A DNA stretch of 64,000 bases, taken from positions 288,001 through 352,000 of the forward strand of contig CAWKBC010000030.1 in the NCBI GenBank assembly GCA_963847705.1, in the 5' to 3' direction. A model generated the notes under the pieces. That model was not told where the DNA came from. It ran no database searches and saw only the letters and a program-made list of their open reading frames with translations. The DNA comes from an uncultured Pseudomonadota bacterium. GTDB taxonomy: Bacteria > Myxococcota_A > Polyangia > Fen-1088. Within the stretch, counting starts at the first letter, position 1. Every line of letters starts with the position of its first letter. Both the position numbers and the translations under genes were made by a program. Shown here in pieces: positions 1 through 9,644 of the stretch.

Positions 1-36
1 GGCAGGGGATCGTGAGCGCGAACGTCCGGCTCGTTT

Positions 37-64
37 TCTGTAAGAGATCTTCGATGTCCGTCAA
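37..64 (-). promoter_or_regulatory. possible sigma70-type promoter for a gene left of the window
   Basis: Minus strand TTGACG-N16-TACAGA in an AT-richer intergenic stretch; weak match. Confidence 0.25.
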
Positions 65-130
65 GCCCTCATCCTCGCGAATCCCAAAGGAATAAGGCCG
101 CGCGAAGATAAAAGCAATGCGAACCAAAAC

Positions 131-1663
131 TCATGCAGCGCGCGAACGGACCTCGAAGACGTTGGTACCCCAAGCGGGGAGATCGAGATAGAGCCCCTCG
201 CGCGCCAGGGTCCGGCCTTCGCGCTCGTAGCGCGCGTCGCCGATGAGGTCCGTGAGGACCAGCACGCCCTCTTCGAGGTTGTCGAGCGCGACCTCCGCGT
301 AGCACTGGGCGCGCGTCGGACCGTAGTTGATCGCCACCAGCAGCTGGCCGTCGTCTTCGGTGCCCGAGCCCTGCCAGGTGAAGGCGATGAAATTGTCCCA
401 GCTGGGGTTGCCGCTCCAGGCGGCGCGGCAGGCGCAGAGGCGCCAGACGCCGTCGTGGGTCTCCGGGCGGCGCAGACAGGCCAGCAGCCGCTCGTAGAAC
501 GCGCCCAGCGCTTCGTCTGGTTTCTCCGCCATCCGTCGGGCGAGGTGGATCGCCGCGTGCGCCTGGCGTCCTTCGAGCTCCCCCTCCTGAAAAAGACGCA
601 GGCCGGGGACCAGAAAGGACGTCACGGCGGCGGCCCGGTGCATGTCGGGTGGGAAGAGGGCGGCGGCCCGCGGCTCGTCGTGGTTCTCCAGGAAGTGCAG
701 CGTTCGATCGCGGAAGGCCGGCGCCGCCTGGAGGTGCTGGCGCACCGGCCGCGCCTGGCCCGCGCGCAGGCGGTCGTAGAGCCGCTTGTCATAGGTGAAG
801 TCGAAACCCTCTTCTTGCAGCGTCCACTCGAGGTCCCAGTAGGCTTCGGCGACGAAGAGGAACTGCGGGTGCCGCGACCGAATCCGCGCGATGGCCTCGG
901 GCCAGAACGACCGGTCGATGGCCGGTGTGCCGTCGCGCGGGCGCGCGCGCTCGCCCCAGGTGCGGGCGATGACCTCCGGCTCCAGCAACATCGCCATGTC
1001 GCAGCGGACGCCGTCCGCGCGCGCAGCGACACTCTCCAGCTCGGCGAGCATCGCGTCACGGAGACCGCCGTGGCGGAAGTTGAGCTGGAGCGTGTCGTTC
1101 CAGCCCGGAAAGTTCGGATCGCGGCCGTGCGCGAAGATCCTTCGTCCCTGCGCCGTCTGCAGCGCGACGTAGTTCCTGGGCTCGCGGCGGAGATCGTCCT
1201 CGTCCCCCTCCATGAGGAACTCCGGATGCGCGTCGACCCAGGGGTGATCGAGCGCGACGTGGTTGGGGACGAAGTCCACCAGCAGGCGCAGCTCCCGGCG
1301 GTGCAGGCGCTCGCGCAACCGGGCCAGCGCCGGATCGCCGCCGAAGTCGCGGTGCACCTGATAGCCGACGATGGCGAACGGTGAGCCGACGATGTCGGCC
1401 TCGCCCAGGTCGGGCAGGGACTTTTGCAGGTCGGCGCGGCTCGCCGGCGCGCGCGCGCCCTGCTGGCCGGCCAGGCCCGTCTGCCAGACGCCCAGCATCC
1501 AGATCCAGCGGAACCCCCGCGCGGCGGCCCGATCGAACAGCTCGTCCGGCAGCGCGTCGAGCGTGGCCTGGCGCGCGCCCGCAGCCGCCGTCTCGCCGAC
1601 GAGCATCCGCGGGTTGACCTGATAGAGCAGCGGGAACCTGGACCCCGGCGCGCGCGTCGTCAT
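131..1663 (-). CDS. alpha-amylase family (GH13) glycoside hydrolase
   Basis: GH13 motifs VDFVPNH, DGVRCDMA, AEAYW, FLENHDE; start moved to ATG 1663 because the ORF extension overlaps the upstream gene. Confidence 0.9.
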   Translation of the reverse strand: MTTRAPGSRFPLLYQVNPRMLVGETAAAGARQATLDALPDELFDRAAARGFRWIWMLGVWQTGLAGQQGARAPASRADLQKSLPDLGEADIVGSPFAIVGYQVHRDFGGDPALARLRERLHRRELRLLVDFVPNHVALDHPWVDAHPEFLMEGDEDDLRREPRNYVALQTAQGRRIFAHGRDPNFPGWNDTLQLNFRHGGLRDAMLAELESVAARADGVRCDMAMLLEPEVIARTWGERARPRDGTPAIDRSFWPEAIARIRSRHPQFLFVAEAYWDLEWTLQEEGFDFTYDKRLYDRLRAGQARPVRQHLQAAPAFRDRTLHFLENHDEPRAAALFPPDMHRAAAVTSFLVPGLRLFQEGELEGRQAHAAIHLARRMAEKPDEALGAFYERLLACLRRPETHDGVWRLCACRAAWSGNPSWDNFIAFTWQGSGTEDDGQLLVAINYGPTRAQCYAEVALDNLEEGVLVLTDLIGDARYEREGRTLAREGLYLDLPAWGTNVFEVRSRAA

Positions 1664-1710
1664 CAGGCCCTGATCGTCGGTGGGGGGGCGAACGCCGCCC
1701 AAGGTCGGCA

Positions 1711-3327
1711 CTACTTGCTGGCGGCGTGCGCGGGCGGATTGGCCAGCCAGGCGCCGAACGCGTCGATCAACACCTCCGGCGGCAGCCGATCGAACGAGCT
1801 GACCAGCCAGTCCATCGCCTCGGCGTGGCGCTGGGCGCGCAGCAGCGCCTTGAAGCCTTGCAACCCGAGCGCCGGGTCCTTCATCAAGGGGATCAGCTCC
1901 TTGACGTCGGCGCTGGCGTAGACGATCCGGCGCGACTCGGGCGAAGCGTAGGGGTCCTTCTTCACCGCCGCGGCCAGCGGCTGATAGATCGCGCGTCCCG
2001 CCCCGTCGGTGCGCTCGGAGAGCGCGGCCAGCACCGGCACACGCAGCATGGGATCGTTGCGCTTCTGCATCTTCATCAGCAGGTCGAGCGTGGCCGCCGA
2101 CGTCTGCTTGCCGAGCTCGGGCGCCATCGCCACCAGCGGCTCCGGCTCGCGCGACTTCATCAAGGGCATCACGTAGTCGATGGCCAGATCCCCGCACGCA
2201 CGGATGAGGCCGGCAGCCACCGTCGTCCGCACCTCGAGCGAGGGATCCTTCACCAGCGGCTGCAGCCGATACAGCGTCGGCCGTCCGCCGCCCGGTCGGG
2301 CAAAGACCGTGGCGGCGGTGGCGCGCATCTGGGCGTCGCTGTCGCCGAGCGCGTTGAGAGCGGGACGGCGCGCGCTCGCCGGGCTGACGATCGCCAGCGC
2401 CTTCAGGACCTCGGCGCGCAGCGGGGCCGGCAGCGCGTCCATCTTCAACAGGTCGCCGAGCGTCGCCACACAGGGCGAGCCCGCGGGCAGCTCGGCGCCC
2501 GCCACCTGCAGCACGCGGGTGGCGAACCAGATGCCGTCAGGATCGGTCGGCTTGAGACGGGAGCGCACCTGCGCGCAGAGATCGACCTTGATCGCCGCCA
2601 GCGCCGGGGCGGCGATCGGCAGCGTGTCGGGGCGATTGAGCGCGGGGCGCAGGCGGTCGGCCTGGCGCGCGTCGCCGACATGGGCCAGCGCCGCGGCGGC
2701 GCGCGCATCCAGGGCGGGGTCGGTTTGCGGCCGCACCAGCCAGGCGCGCGCGAAGGTGGACATCGCACCGGCGTCCCCGTTGCGCGTGTAGCGGGCCACG
2801 CGCAGGAGCGCTTCCTTGATCCGCCCTTGGTAGAAGAGGCGTGGCAGGGCCTCGGCCAGCGGCGCCTCGACCCGGCGCACCTCGCCTCCCGAGTCGAGGC
2901 GGGCGTCGCGGGCGAAGATCCAGCGGAAGTGGGCCACGCCGTCATCGCCGTAAACGTCGATCGGAGGGACGGGGAACGGGCGATCGCCCTTCACCGCGTG
3001 GACCGCGGCCTGATCGAAGGCGGCCACCCCCGAGCCGCTGATCACGGTCACTTCGGCCGGGCTGCCGTCCCAGCGAACCGTGAAGAGGATCTCCGTCTCC
3101 AGCGACATCTTGTTCAACGGATCGGTCGGGGGGCGCTTGGCCGCCACGTCCTCGATGAATAGGTTCGCCCAGCGAAAATGGATCGCCCGGTGGAGCGCCC
3201 GCAGGTAGTCCCCCTCGGCACCTGTCGCGGTGATGGGCGGCTCCGGCGCCGGCGCGCTGGCCTGGGCGGCGCCCGCCAGGGCACACATCGCCAGGAGACC
3301 CAGCGCAAGAGGACGAAAACGGAGCAT
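1711..3327 (-). CDS. exported protein with TonB C-terminal-like domain and HEAT repeats
   Basis: Signal peptide (LLAMCALAGAAQA); TonB_C-like FTVRWDGS...SGSGVAAFDQAAVHAV...PFPVPP; HEAT-like LGDSDAQMRATAA and VKDPSLEVRTTVA. Confidence 0.7.
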   Translation of the reverse strand: MLRFRPLALGLLAMCALAGAAQASAPAPEPPITATGAEGDYLRALHRAIHFRWANLFIEDVAAKRPPTDPLNKMSLETEILFTVRWDGSPAEVTVISGSGVAAFDQAAVHAVKGDRPFPVPPIDVYGDDGVAHFRWIFARDARLDSGGEVRRVEAPLAEALPRLFYQGRIKEALLRVARYTRNGDAGAMSTFARAWLVRPQTDPALDARAAAALAHVGDARQADRLRPALNRPDTLPIAAPALAAIKVDLCAQVRSRLKPTDPDGIWFATRVLQVAGAELPAGSPCVATLGDLLKMDALPAPLRAEVLKALAIVSPASARRPALNALGDSDAQMRATAATVFARPGGGRPTLYRLQPLVKDPSLEVRTTVAAGLIRACGDLAIDYVMPLMKSREPEPLVAMAPELGKQTSAATLDLLMKMQKRNDPMLRVPVLAALSERTDGAGRAIYQPLAAAVKKDPYASPESRRIVYASADVKELIPLMKDPALGLQGFKALLRAQRHAEAMDWLVSSFDRLPPEVLIDAFGAWLANPPAHAASK

Positions 3328-3339
3328 ATTGACGTCGCT

Positions 3340-4713
3340 GTGTCGGGACATCGAAAGCGGTCGCCCAGAGGTTACTCCCTATCGCTGCGCGCCGTCCACG
3401 CGATCTGCCTCGGCGCGGCCGTCGCCGCCCTCGGAATCGGCCCGGCGGCCGCACAGAAACCTGACGCGCCGGGGCCCTTCTCCGACTATCGCCTCGAACG
3501 GCCGGGCGCCTCGCACAAGATCACCGTCGCGGATCTCCCGCCGCCCCGCGCGGCCGAGTCGGTCGACAATGGGCCGTTCCTGGTGCCGCGCCCGAAGAAC
3601 GCCGTTCCGGTGGCCCCGCCGGGGTTCAAGGTCGACCTCTACGCCGACGGGCTCTCCAACCCGCGTCTCGTCCGCACGGCGCCGAATGGCGATCTGTTCC
3701 TCGCCGAGAGCGGCGTGGGCGAGATCAAGGTCGTTCGCGGCGTTCGCGCCGACGGCCGCGCCGCGCAGGTGGAACGATTCGCCGCCGGTCTGAACAAGCC
3801 GTTCGGGATCGCCTTCTACCCGGCGGGCGACGCCCCCCAGTGGGTTTACGTGGCGAACACCGACTCCGTCGTCCGCTTCCCTTACGTGAGCGGCGATCTG
3901 CGGGCGCGCGGCCCGGCCGAGACGGTGGTTCCCGACCTCCCCGGCGGCGGCCACCTCCGCGGCGGCGGGCACTGGACCCGGGACCTCGCCTTCTCTCGCG
4001 ACGGGAAGACCATGTTCGTGTCGGTCGGGTCGCACTCGAACGTCGACGACACCGACGGCAACGCCGCCGAGTTTCACCGGGCCGACGTGCTGGCTTTCGA
4101 TGTCGACTTGCTCGACGGGAAGTTGCCCGCCGCGAGGAACCCGCGCGTCTACGCCTCCGGGATCCGGAACGCGGTCGGGATCGCCGTCCATCCGCAGAGC
4201 GGCGAGCTCTGGGTCTCGGTCAACGAGCGCGATCTCCTGGGCGACAACCTGGTTCCCGACTACATCACCCACATCGAGCAAGGCGGCTTCTACGGCTGGC
4301 CCTGGTACTACATCGGCGGGCACCAGGACCCGCGGCACGCCGGCAAGCACCCCGAGCTCGCGGCCAAGGTCATCGTCCCCGATGTGCTGCTGCAGCCGCA
4401 CGACGCCTCGCTGGAGATGACCTTCTACGACGGCGGGCAGTTTCCCGCCGAATACCGGGGCGACATCTTCGCCGCCGAGCACGGGTCGTGGAACCGCAAG
4501 GTCCGCAGCGGGTACGAGTTGGTCCGGGTGCCGATGCACGGCCGCACCCGGGCGAGCGGCGACTACCAGGACTTCCTGACCGGCTTCGTGAGCCCCTCGG
4601 GCGACGTCTGGGGACGGCCGGTCGGTGTGGCGGTGGCCAAGGACGGCGCCTTGATGGTGACCGACGACGGCTCGAATGCGATCTGGCGCGTCAGCTACGT
4701 CGGCAAGAAGTAG
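3340..4713 (+). CDS. sorbosone dehydrogenase family / PQQ-dependent sugar dehydrogenase (beta-propeller)
   Basis: GLSNPR, GGHWTR, GIRNAVG, VNERDLLGDNLVPDY, HGSWNR, GRPVGV motifs; signal peptide; start uncertain. Confidence 0.85.
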   Translation: MSGHRKRSPRGYSLSLRAVHAICLGAAVAALGIGPAAAQKPDAPGPFSDYRLERPGASHKITVADLPPPRAAESVDNGPFLVPRPKNAVPVAPPGFKVDLYADGLSNPRLVRTAPNGDLFLAESGVGEIKVVRGVRADGRAAQVERFAAGLNKPFGIAFYPAGDAPQWVYVANTDSVVRFPYVSGDLRARGPAETVVPDLPGGGHLRGGGHWTRDLAFSRDGKTMFVSVGSHSNVDDTDGNAAEFHRADVLAFDVDLLDGKLPAARNPRVYASGIRNAVGIAVHPQSGELWVSVNERDLLGDNLVPDYITHIEQGGFYGWPWYYIGGHQDPRHAGKHPELAAKVIVPDVLLQPHDASLEMTFYDGGQFPAEYRGDIFAAEHGSWNRKVRSGYELVRVPMHGRTRASGDYQDFLTGFVSPSGDVWGRPVGVAVAKDGALMVTDDGSNAIWRVSYVGKK

Positions 4714-4776
4714 CCAGCTGCTCCGGCAGATCCGCTACGGCAAGGCAAGGAGCAGGGGACCGCTCAGGGCCGCTCG

Positions 4777-6093
4777 TCAGGGGCTCTTCGCCTCATTCCG
4801 GAAGCGCGCCACGGTCGTGGCCGGCGGGTTGATCCGGACGACGCCCGCGTCGGCGTCGACCACCAGGAGGTCCTCCGGGCGCAGCCAGGCGTAGAGGCCG
4901 CGGACCGACGCCAGCAGCGGCAGGCCGGCCGCGCGCACCAGGGCCGCCGGGCCGCTGTCGGCGGCGACATCGCCGTCGACCACGAACGCCGAAGCGCCGG
5001 CGGCGATCGCGTAGGCGGTCGAGAAGAGCCCGAGCCGCTCGCTGGCCAGGATGGCGCCCGAACGGATGAGCGGTCGCCCGTTCGCGCTGGTCATGACGCT
5101 GGCGCCCGCGTGGACCAGCACGCAGAGATCTTCGATCTCGGCGGCGCGCGCGCCCAGCCACTCCGCGGTCGCGGTGTCACCGGCCGGGGCGCTGAAGGGG
5201 ACGCGGGCGTAGGCGCGCGCCAGCTCGGAGAGCGCCTTCAGCGGGGTGGGGGTGGCGCAGGCCTCGGCCAGGCGGCCACGGAAGCGCTCGTCCTCCAGGA
5301 TCACCGCCAGCGAGGCGATCTCGCGCGCCGCGACCCCGGTCACCACGCCGGCCAGCCCACCGCGGAGGCGGTTCCAGATCGCCTCCAGATTGGGCGCCGC
5401 GGGCTCGGCAGGCTTGGCAGGCGTGCCGCCGCTCCTCGCCAGCGCGGCCAGGGTCGGCAGCGCCTCGGCGCGCCCCATCGCCGTCCCGCCGACGATCGTC
5501 ACGCCGGTCAGGCGGACCGTCCGCCGGTCGGCGTCGGCCGCGCGTTGACGCTCGCGCCCTTCGCCGCGCTCGAGCGCATGGTTGAGCACGGCGGCCAGCG
5601 CGGTCGCCAGCACCACCTCTTCCGCGGTGAACGCGGTCGAGGCCCGACGCTGCAGGACCAGCACGCCGGCGGCCGCACCCGCCCGAAGCACCGGGACCGC
5701 CAGCAGCGCCGGGAATTGCTCCTCACCGAGGCCCGGGATGTACTTGAAGCGCGCGTCGCGATCGGCGTCGGCCACCGAGACCGGCCGCAGCCGATCGGCG
5801 GCAAATCCGGTGATCCCCTCGCCACGCCCGAGGTGCACCCGCCCGAGCGCCTCAGGCGGGAAGCCGACGTTGCCGCGCATGGTGAACCGCTCGCCGTCGG
5901 GACCCTCCTCACGCACGTAGACGCTGGCCACGTCCGCGCTGGCGATCGTGGCGATGTCGCCGCACATGGCGGTCAGCACGTCCTCGAGCGGCTCTTCACG
6001 CTCGCCGAGCGAGATCAGACGAAAGATTCCGTCCAGCGTCGTGTGGTCACCGCTGTCGTGAACCTGGTAGCCAGGATTCTTAGCGCGTGCCAT
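4777..6093 (-). CDS. GAF domain plus degenerate PEP-utiliser swivel domain (truncated PtsP/EI-Ntr-like)
   Basis: PtsP-type GAF (GEGITG...RFKYIPGLGEEQF...GVLVLQ); C-terminal ALVRAAGLP...LVVDADAGVVRINP; no PEP-binding barrel. Confidence 0.75.
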   Translation of the reverse strand: MARAKNPGYQVHDSGDHTTLDGIFRLISLGEREEPLEDVLTAMCGDIATIASADVASVYVREEGPDGERFTMRGNVGFPPEALGRVHLGRGEGITGFAADRLRPVSVADADRDARFKYIPGLGEEQFPALLAVPVLRAGAAAGVLVLQRRASTAFTAEEVVLATALAAVLNHALERGEGRERQRAADADRRTVRLTGVTIVGGTAMGRAEALPTLAALARSGGTPAKPAEPAAPNLEAIWNRLRGGLAGVVTGVAAREIASLAVILEDERFRGRLAEACATPTPLKALSELARAYARVPFSAPAGDTATAEWLGARAAEIEDLCVLVHAGASVMTSANGRPLIRSGAILASERLGLFSTAYAIAAGASAFVVDGDVAADSGPAALVRAAGLPLLASVRGLYAWLRPEDLLVVDADAGVVRINPPATTVARFRNEAKSP

Positions 6094-6183
6094 TTGTCGC
6101 CTCGACTTCCAAGATAAGTCGCCGAGTGTTTCCGGCAGCTTTCCAATCGGCAAATTCGCGGTAAGGAACCTACGCCGGACGAC

Positions 6184-6231
6184 GCCTCAGTTGCGGCCTC
6201 AGCTCGGGCCTCGGTTCGGGCCTCAGTTCGG
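6184..6231. repeat. 12-bp tandem repeat x4 (GCCTCAGTTCGG consensus) containing the pectate lyase stop codon
   Basis: Units at 6184, 6196, 6208 and 6220 read directly. Confidence 0.85.
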
Positions 6232-7444
6232 GATCGGTACGTTGTCCCCCGTACCGGCACAGTTCGTCACCAGGGGCGGGACGCTCCCGGCCGAGTCGAG
6301 CGCGACCGTGTATGCGTAGGGCGGGAGCCAGGGCACGATTTGCGTCGAGGGAACGACGTTCTGGCCATTCCCGTCGGAGGCGTTGATCGCGTTGTTGACG
6401 AGATCGACGTACCCGGCCGTCGCCGGAGAATCGAGAATCGTCGTCACGGGGCCGAAATTCGGGTCCGTCTGTCCGGCCGGCGAGACGTCGCGGAAGGCGC
6501 TCGCCTCGATCCGCACGTTGGCGCCGTCGGTGGAGGCGACGCCGTAGCTGGCGACCATGTCGAAGTAGCTGTTGAGGACGTGGACGGTCCCGAAGCGCAC
6601 CCGGGGTCCCGTCTTCACGTTGGTGAACAGGTCGTGGTCGTAGGTGACGTGCTCCTTGCCGGCGTCCTCGGCGGCCGCGGCGCTGCTGTCGGAGCGGCCC
6701 ACCAGGCCGCTGTCCTGGTGGTCGTGATAGTGCGTCCAGGAGACGGTGACGAAGTCGCTCTGGTCCGAGATGTCGACCAGTCCGTCATAGGTCCCGGTCC
6801 CGTTGTTGCTCGAGGAGATCGCAGTGGTCAATCCGAATCTGATGCGACCCCTCGATGTGAATGGCGTCGATGTCCCCGTCGGTGTTCGGCCGCGCGATCA
6901 CCAGATTCCGCACGATCACGTTCGAGACCCGGGTCATCGCCAGTCCGCCGCCGAAGAGCCCGGAGTTGGCGTTGGCACCGACGACGGTCTTGTTGGACGA
7001 GACCCGGATCGATTCGCCGCCGGTATCGCCTCCGTCGGGCGTGGCCGGGACGGTGAGCATCCCCTTGACCACGATGGTCAGCGGTCCCGGCATCTTGTCG
7101 CTGGCGTACATCTTGAACTGGTCGAGCGCGTCGGCCTCCGCCGCGTCGACGACCAGGGGCGTGCTCGCACCGCCGCCGCTCACGCCCCCATCCAGGAGCA
7201 ACGTCGGTGCGGCGTCGCTCCCGCCATCGGGCTCGCCGCCGAGATCGCTCATCGTGGCGAAGCCGATCAGACGGTAGGGGCAATCCTGCGGGACCGATGA
7301 ATCGGAGCCGGGCGCAGCATCGCTGCCGGTGGTGGGGCGGGCGCGAATCGGATGGAGGTCACCGCCGCAGCCGGCAGCGAGCAGCGCCAGGAAAATGACC
7401 GTTCGGTCGGCGAGGGGGCCGCGCGCCACCTCCACATAGTACAT
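6223..7444 (-). CDS. pectate lyase (PL1) lipoprotein, frameshifted near 6812
   Basis: Lipobox LAAGC; SNKTVVG, NVIVRN, DAIHI, IDHCD in one frame, continuing DGLVDI, VTVSW, PRVRFG, HVLNSY in another; +1 base at GATCTCCTCGAG (minus strand). Confidence 0.85.
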
Positions 7445-7644
7445 AGGCCCGCGTCCTTCCGGGGGTGAACCGCGCCGGGGGGGCCGGGACACTCACGGAA
7501 CAGGTACGAACAATGTCGCTGCAACCTGGAAGCGGTCGGTCGGAACGTGTTTCACGCGATCCGGCGGCCGTGCGTCCGACGCAGCGCGCCTACCGGCGTC
7601 CCGTCGATCCGGCGGGGACAAGAAGTGGAGGCCCAGGTAAACTC

Positions 7645-8334
7645 GTGAATGTGCCGTCCCCCACCGGCCTTCGCGCGGACGGCCCAGAGCGCCCGCCTGC
7701 TCCGGTCGCGCCCCAGACGCCGAAGCCGACGCCTCCGGTCGCGGCGCCGCTCTACGCCGACGACGCCGAGCTGGTGGCGGCGCTCCGGCGCGGTGAGGCG
7801 CGCGCGCAGAGCATCCTGGTCGAGCGGTACGAGCCGCTGGTCGAGCGGCTGGTCGCCGGGGCGCTGGGGATCGACGCCGAGATCGCGGACGTCGTTCAGG
7901 ACGTCTTCGTGGCGGTCCTCGAGGGGGTCCACAACCTGAAGGACGCCTCCGCGCTGCGGAGCTGGATCGCCACGCTGACCGTGTTCACCGCGCGCGGCCG
8001 GATCCGGCGGCGGCGGCGCTGGCGCTGGATCCGGTTCGTGGCGCCCGAGGAGGTCCCCGAGGTGCCGGTGGCCGCCCCCCAGGGGGAGACCCACGAGGCG
8101 GTGCGCGCCACCTACGCGATCCTCTCCGACTTTCCGGCTGACGAGCGGCTGGCCTTCACGCTCCGCTTCGTGTCGGAGATGCAGCTCACCGAGGTGGCCG
8201 CGGCCTGCCGGGTGTCGCTGGCGACGGTCAAGCGGCGGCTGGCACGTGCCGAGAAGCGGTTCGTGGAGGCGGCACGTTCGAATCCTGCGCTGACGGAACG
8301 GATGGTACGCGGAGGGCGGTGGACTGAATCATGA
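7645..8334 (+). CDS. ECF RNA polymerase sigma factor
   Basis: Region 2 DVVQDVF...LRSWI; region 4 LTEVAAACRVSLATVKRRLARA; start uncertain (7513 or 7645). Confidence 0.9.
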   Translation: MNVPSPTGLRADGPERPPAPVAPQTPKPTPPVAAPLYADDAELVAALRRGEARAQSILVERYEPLVERLVAGALGIDAEIADVVQDVFVAVLEGVHNLKDASALRSWIATLTVFTARGRIRRRRRWRWIRFVAPEEVPEVPVAAPQGETHEAVRATYAILSDFPADERLAFTLRFVSEMQLTEVAAACRVSLATVKRRLARAEKRFVEAARSNPALTERMVRGGRWTES

Positions 8335-9644
8335 ACCGGGAGCTGAATCGGATGAACGGGGAGCTGGAATCGTTGATGCGCGACGTGGGTCGCGTCGTCG
8401 AGGGCGAGGCCCAGCGCCAAAATATTCTGCCGCAGGTCCAGGCGCGACTGGCGGCGCGGGAGAGCCTGCGGGCACGACCTGCGCGTGCTGCGAATGGTCG
8501 CTGGAGCGTGGCGCTCGCCTTCGGGACGCTGGCGGCGGGAGCGGCGGCCGCCTTCATCTATCTTCATCCGCGCGCGATCTCGTACGCAGTGGCGGGCGTG
8601 GGCGAAGGGGAGGTCGGGGCGGCGCTGGTGGCGCCGGCGGCGGCGCCGCTGGAGCTGCAGTTCTCCGATGGCTCGGCCGTCACGCTGCCGCCCCGCGCGG
8701 CCGCCCACGTGGAGGCGCTCGATCGCAACGGGGCGACGGTGGCGATCGAGGAGGGGACGCTCGAGGTCTCGGTCATCCACCGCAGCCACACCCGCTGGCA
8801 GGTTCAGGCGGGCGGCTACCGCATCCAGGTGACGGGCACCCGCTTCGCCGCCGGCTGGGATCGGTCAAGCCGGGCGCTCACCGTGACGATGCACGAGGGC
8901 TCGGTGTTGGTCAGCGGCCCCGGGCTGGAGGAGCCTGTTCGCGTGGTGACGGGCCAGCGCCTGCGCGCCAGCGCCAGCGGCGCCGATCTGGGGCTCGAGA
9001 ACGCACCGGCGCCGAGCGCCGAGCTCGAAGCGCCCCCGCCGGGGCTGCCGCCGTCCGCGACGGCTTCGCATGGTTCCGAGCCGGCGCTGGCGCCGCCTCC
9101 CACCGAGATCGCGCCCCCCACGGAACGCCCGTCGGCGCCCCGGGCCCGGCGCGTCGAGGCGGTGGCGGCCCACGCCGGGACGCCGGTCAACGGCGACTGG
9201 CGCGTCCAGGCGGCGCGGGCGGAGTATCACGAAGCTCTGGCCGCCGCCGTGCTGGAAGGATGGCGGGCGGAGTGCGCGCGGCTCGGCGCGGATGATCTGG
9301 TGTTGCTCGGCGACGTGGCCCGGCTGGCGGGCGATCTCGATCGCGCGGAAGAGGCCTATCGCTCGGCGCGCCGGCGCTTCCCCGAGGCCGACCGTCCGAT
9401 CTACGCGCTCGGTCTCATCGCCTTCGAGGGGCGGCACAACTACAAGCTGGCGGGCGATCTGTTCGGCAGCTATCTGCGCTCGTTCCCCCGCGGCCCGCTG
9501 GCGCGCGAGGCGGCAGGCCGCCTGATCGAGTCTCGGCTGAAGGCCGGCGATGACCTGGAGGCGCGTCGCGCGGCGACCTCGTACCTGCACGACTTCCCTG
9601 GTGGACCGTACGCCGCACTGGCCAGACGCACGGTCGGTCCGTGA
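8331..9644 (+). CDS. FecR-domain anti-sigma factor with C-terminal TPR
   Basis: ATGA overlap with the ECF gene; single TM; FecR LQFSDGSAVTL...VTGTRF; TPR/BamD-like YLRSFPRGPLAREA. Confidence 0.85.
   Translation: MNRELNRMNGELESLMRDVGRVVEGEAQRQNILPQVQARLAARESLRARPARAANGRWSVALAFGTLAAGAAAAFIYLHPRAISYAVAGVGEGEVGAALVAPAAAPLELQFSDGSAVTLPPRAAAHVEALDRNGATVAIEEGTLEVSVIHRSHTRWQVQAGGYRIQVTGTRFAAGWDRSSRALTVTMHEGSVLVSGPGLEEPVRVVTGQRLRASASGADLGLENAPAPSAELEAPPPGLPPSATASHGSEPALAPPPTEIAPPTERPSAPRARRVEAVAAHAGTPVNGDWRVQAARAEYHEALAAAVLEGWRAECARLGADDLVLLGDVARLAGDLDRAEEAYRSARRRFPEADRPIYALGLIAFEGRHNYKLAGDLFGSYLRSFPRGPLAREAAGRLIESRLKAGDDLEARRAATSYLHDFPGGPYAALARRTVGP

Noticed and set aside
6184-6231. Short repeat arrays as CRISPR
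   Set aside because: Head-to-tail units without spacers and no cas genes; the same applies at 22730 and 54212
6810-6820. Programmed ribosomal frameshifting in the split genes
   Set aside because: No slippery heptamers; these families are not known to recode; sequencing error is more parsimonious
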